Shown: one piece after another, positions 60,883-64,000 of the stretch
Layout of the letters: every line of letters starts with the position of its first letter
Position numbering within the stretch: the first letter of the stretch is position 1
NCBI GenBank assembly: GCA_965215265.1
Contig: OZ244048.1
Coordinates: 4,736,001 to 4,800,000, forward strand
Reading direction: 5' to 3'
DNA length: 64,000 nt
Source of the DNA: Candidatus Poribacteria bacterium
Lineage (GTDB): Bacteria; Poribacteria; WGA-4E; WGA-3G
The notes under the pieces: generated by a model
The model's database searches: none
What the model was told of the DNA's origin: nothing
The model's input: only the letters and a program-made list of their open reading frames with translations
Translations under genes and position numbers: made by a program

Positions 60883-61050
60883 AAAGATAAAAGCAGAGGT
60901 GTGATGGTGAGTAGGCCGTGTGCCAAATGCCATCACACCTCTTTCTCTTTCAGGCGATACCGATTTCTCCGCCTGATTTGTTTATCTTTGCTTGAAAATG
61001 ATTCCTTGATGTGTTATTATAAATAAAAAGTAGGAGTTTTGAGAAAAAAG
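60883..61050 (+). repeat. Direct repeat copy 2: terminator hairpin plus promoter module
   Basis: AGAGGTGTGATGG...CCATCACACCTCT perfect 13-bp stem; TTGAAA(60992)-17nt-TATTAT. Confidence 0.9.
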
Positions 61051-61308
61051 TGACGGCTAAAAGAGAATTGCATGTCCTGCTCGCTCCAGTCACGGTTCAC
61101 ACTGTCCAACTTCCTGGGAAGAATGGCAGGCACAATGGGAAGATAGCCTACACAAAGGTAGATTTATTTAAGGAATCGCGGGAGGCTGGACTTCTAGGCG
61201 AAATGTATGGAAATCGCGGGACGGATATAGTATACTAGGTCTTTATGCCCCGGCCGCCGGGCGTTTTACACAAAGTTGACCGAATCGCTTTAATCAACGA
61301 GAAATACA

Positions 61309-64000
61309 ATGCAACTGCCATTCTCTGAGCAACAGCGAAAAGATATTGAAACCCTTCTCCTTGACAACTCTGACAAGGAAGCCATCTATCGGCATTTACA
61401 CCACCTTGCCGGAGACGATGTACACATCCAGAAACCGTTTGCTGATATTGTTGTTAGGTTGTTAACCGCAGCATTAAACACCCCCAACCCAGAATCTGCG
61501 TTAAATCACTTTTTCCGTTTTGTCGAAGGCTCATTTAATCGGCGGTGGCTGTATCAGTTATTGCATGACGCACCTTTTCTCATTGATGGTGTGATGCTGA
61601 GTTTCGGGGCATCTTCCTATCTCTCGGATATCCTGATTCGTACGCCGTACTATTTTTATGATATTATTGATGCCCATGTGATGACGGTTCCTAAGACATC
61701 TGTTCAGATGTATCAAGAGCTGGTGACATCACTGGCGCGATACGGCTCAGTAGAGCAGAAACTTCGCGTGCTCCGCCGTTATAAGCGGCGCGAAAGCCTT
61801 CGGATCGGATTACGTGACCTGTTTGAGGCGGCAGACCTGGAGACGACAACCTTAGAACTCAGCAATCTTGCTGAAGCCACGTTGCAGCACTGTTATGAAA
61901 TTGGCAGTGAGGAGGTAATGATACCGAAAAGCGGTACACCGCTGGATGAGGCAGGCACAGGACCCTGCAAATTCGCAATCATCGGAATGGGAAAGTTGGG
62001 GGGCTACGAGCTTAACTTCAGTTCCGACATTGATGTGATGTTTGTCTATTCAGATGAAGGGCAAACCGATAAGGGTGTCCCGAACCGAGAGTATTTCTCG
62101 CAGCTATGCGAGTTTCTTATTAAGGCGATGAGTGAGGTGACAGCAGATGGGTACGTCTTTCGCGTCGATATCCGTTTACGGCCGGAGAGCAGTGCGGGTG
62201 TGATTATTCGCTCTATGGAAAGTTACGAAAGTTACTACGAAGGTTGGGGCGATTTGTGGGAACGGCAGGCGTTAATCAAAGCGCGGCCCGTTGCTGGAGA
62301 TATGACGTTGGGTGACGCGTTCATCCGCATGATTCATCCGTTTGTGTATCAACGCTATTTAGATGGTGTCACACTGAGTGAGATTAAAGCGGATATCCGT
62401 AGTACAAAAGCACGCATAGAGGAACGACTCGTTCGCGAAAAAGCCGACTTGCAGAAGCACGTTAAGCTTGGACCAGGTGGTATTCGCGATATTGAGTTTA
62501 CCGTTCAGTGCCTTCAGATGATTCATGGGGGGCAGAGAAAGTCACTCTGTTCACAAAATACATTGGAGACACTCGCTGCCCTCAAGGCAAACAAACTGAT
62601 GAATTCAGAAGAGACTGATGTGCTCTCAACAGCGTATAGGTTCTTACGAACAGTGGAGCACCGCATCCAAATTGAGGCGGATCGGCAGCTCTATAGTATT
62701 CCAGATAAGGAGCACGAAGAGTTACAACTTGCACGGCGTAGCGGATATAGGGATACCGAAGAAATGAATGCCGTGGATGCCTTTCGAAAGGACTACCGTG
62801 CACATACCCAGTGCGTGCGTCACATCTTTGAAAAAGTTACCGCAACCTCGCTTCAACCGGACAACGAACTTGACATCCCCTTGCTCCTATCAGAAACTGC
62901 AACTGCGTCTCCGAAGCAATCGGCAAGGGACGCTTCGTACCCAAGCAGCCTTATCGCTTCCATTGACGAAAGCTTACAATCGTTCGGGTTCGAAAATGTG
63001 AGGGAAGCACAACGGTTACTGAAAAGATTGGCGAACGGTGGCGATGGGGTGCAATTCTCTCCGGGGGTGCGCCGGACGTTTTTTAAACTCGCACCGACTC
63101 TCCTCAATATCTTACGCGACTCTCCCAATCCGGACATGGCACTGCGATACCTTTCGGCATTTATGGATAAGGTAGGCGCGCGTAGCAGCTACTATACGAT
63201 GTTTACTGAAAAGCCGACGACGCTTGAAGCCCTGGTCAATGTTTGTGGTACCAGTTTATACCTCGCTGAATTGCTCATCGCGAGTCCTGAGCTCTTCGAT
63301 CTGTTGACTGTGCCGACTTTAATTGAACGTCCTAAGACGCTCCGCGAAAAACAAGTGGAAGCCCGCCAATCGATTGCAGACGCACCTTCCGGCAAAATCC
63401 TGACAACGCTCCGCCGATATAAGAACGATGAAATCTGGCGTATCGCTTTGCGAAACATACTTGGGAACGCTTCGCTACCGATGACAACTGCTGAGCTCTC
63501 TGACTTAGCCGAGGCTGTGTTGCAAACCATCTATCCGCAGGTCGCCGTGCAGCTAAGCCACGAACACGGCACCCCTCTCAGTCCAGATGGAATGCCAGTG
63601 ACCTTCACAATTATTGCGCTCGGTAAGTTTGGCGGTCGTGAACTCAACTTCAGCTCGGATCTGGACATCATGTATGTCTACTCAGAGGATGGCGAGACGA
63701 CTGAAGGATTGTCAAATGCTGACTATTTCTCCCAACTCGGTTTGGAATTGGTGAAGCAACTTGCGGGTGCTCAGGAGATGAGTCTTTATGAACTCGATCT
63801 GCGGCTCCGTCCACATGGCAAAGGGGGCGCGATTGCCCTGCCACTGGCTGGTTACCAGCACTATTATAATAACACAGCACAAATTTGGGAACGCCAAGCC
63901 CTCACACGTGCCAGACCGGTCGCTGGGGACACGGGAGGCCTGGGTGCACGGTTTTTGGAAGTGGCACACGCCTTCACTTACGGAAAACCGTTAACTTCGA
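61309..64000 (+). CDS. glnE: Glutamine synthetase adenylyltransferase (runs off the window end; absent from the ORF track)
   Basis: ATG 61309; FAIIGMGKLGGYELNFSSDID, RVDIRLRPE, WERQALIKARPVAGD, VKLGPGGIRDIEF; second NT domain ALGKFGGRELNFSSDLD. Confidence 0.96.
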   Translation, partial: MQLPFSEQQRKDIETLLLDNSDKEAIYRHLHHLAGDDVHIQKPFADIVVRLLTAALNTPNPESALNHFFRFVEGSFNRRWLYQLLHDAPFLIDGVMLSFGASSYLSDILIRTPYYFYDIIDAHVMTVPKTSVQMYQELVTSLARYGSVEQKLRVLRRYKRRESLRIGLRDLFEAADLETTTLELSNLAEATLQHCYEIGSEEVMIPKSGTPLDEAGTGPCKFAIIGMGKLGGYELNFSSDIDVMFVYSDEGQTDKGVPNREYFSQLCEFLIKAMSEVTADGYVFRVDIRLRPESSAGVIIRSMESYESYYEGWGDLWERQALIKARPVAGDMTLGDAFIRMIHPFVYQRYLDGVTLSEIKADIRSTKARIEERLVREKADLQKHVKLGPGGIRDIEFTVQCLQMIHGGQRKSLCSQNTLETLAALKANKLMNSEETDVLSTAYRFLRTVEHRIQIEADRQLYSIPDKEHEELQLARRSGYRDTEEMNAVDAFRKDYRAHTQCVRHIFEKVTATSLQPDNELDIPLLLSETATASPKQSARDASYPSSLIASIDESLQSFGFENVREAQRLLKRLANGGDGVQFSPGVRRTFFKLAPTLLNILRDSPNPDMALRYLSAFMDKVGARSSYYTMFTEKPTTLEALVNVCGTSLYLAELLIASPELFDLLTVPTLIERPKTLREKQVEARQSIADAPSGKILTTLRRYKNDEIWRIALRNILGNASLPMTTAELSDLAEAVLQTIYPQVAVQLSHEHGTPLSPDGMPVTFTIIALGKFGGRELNFSSDLDIMYVYSEDGETTEGLSNADYFSQLGLELVKQLAGAQEMSLYELDLRLRPHGKGGAIALPLAGYQHYYNNTAQIWERQALTRARPVAGDTGGLGARFLEVAHAFTYGKPLTS

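Noticed and set aside
61050-61238. 62-aa ORF after repeat copy 2
   Set aside because: No recognisable motif; could be a remnant but cannot be supported as a gene

Overview
Gene-dense bacterial chromosome window of moderate GC. It resembles Candidatus Poribacteria or a similar sponge symbiont, inferred from a LamG protein with an 'AVEP.EKL..WG.LK' tail, three PhyH-family dioxygenases and an FGE-domain lipoprotein. Most of it is housekeeping and transport genes (kdsB, pyrG, larA/larC, dctQM, livKHM, secA, sppA, msbA-like, recQ, glnE, polysaccharide genes). Two accessory zones stand out. (1) About 9.7-15.4 kb: gene remnants, an HsdR-less type I hsdM-hsdS pair in one reading frame, a stray hsdS fragment, and a cas-less degenerate CRISPR mini-array with a near-consensus promoter embedded between repeats and pointing into hsdMS. 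(2) About 55.9-61.2 kb: a PA14 + FGE/C-type-lectin lipoprotein with hallmarks of a diversity-generating retroelement (DGR) target (NNY variable codons, downstream hairpin, frameshift inside the variable region) behind a ~700-nt leader with a poly-C tract, followed by an Rpn nuclease with an internal RpnS-like start, bracketed by ~150-170 bp direct repeats. Also present: a sigma-70 factor with an apparently duplicated, degenerate sigma1.2-sigma2 module, a -1 frameshifted larC, and a PhnY/PhnZ phosphonate oxidation pair. All family calls come from motif recognition, not database searches. No rRNA or tRNA genes were recognised.
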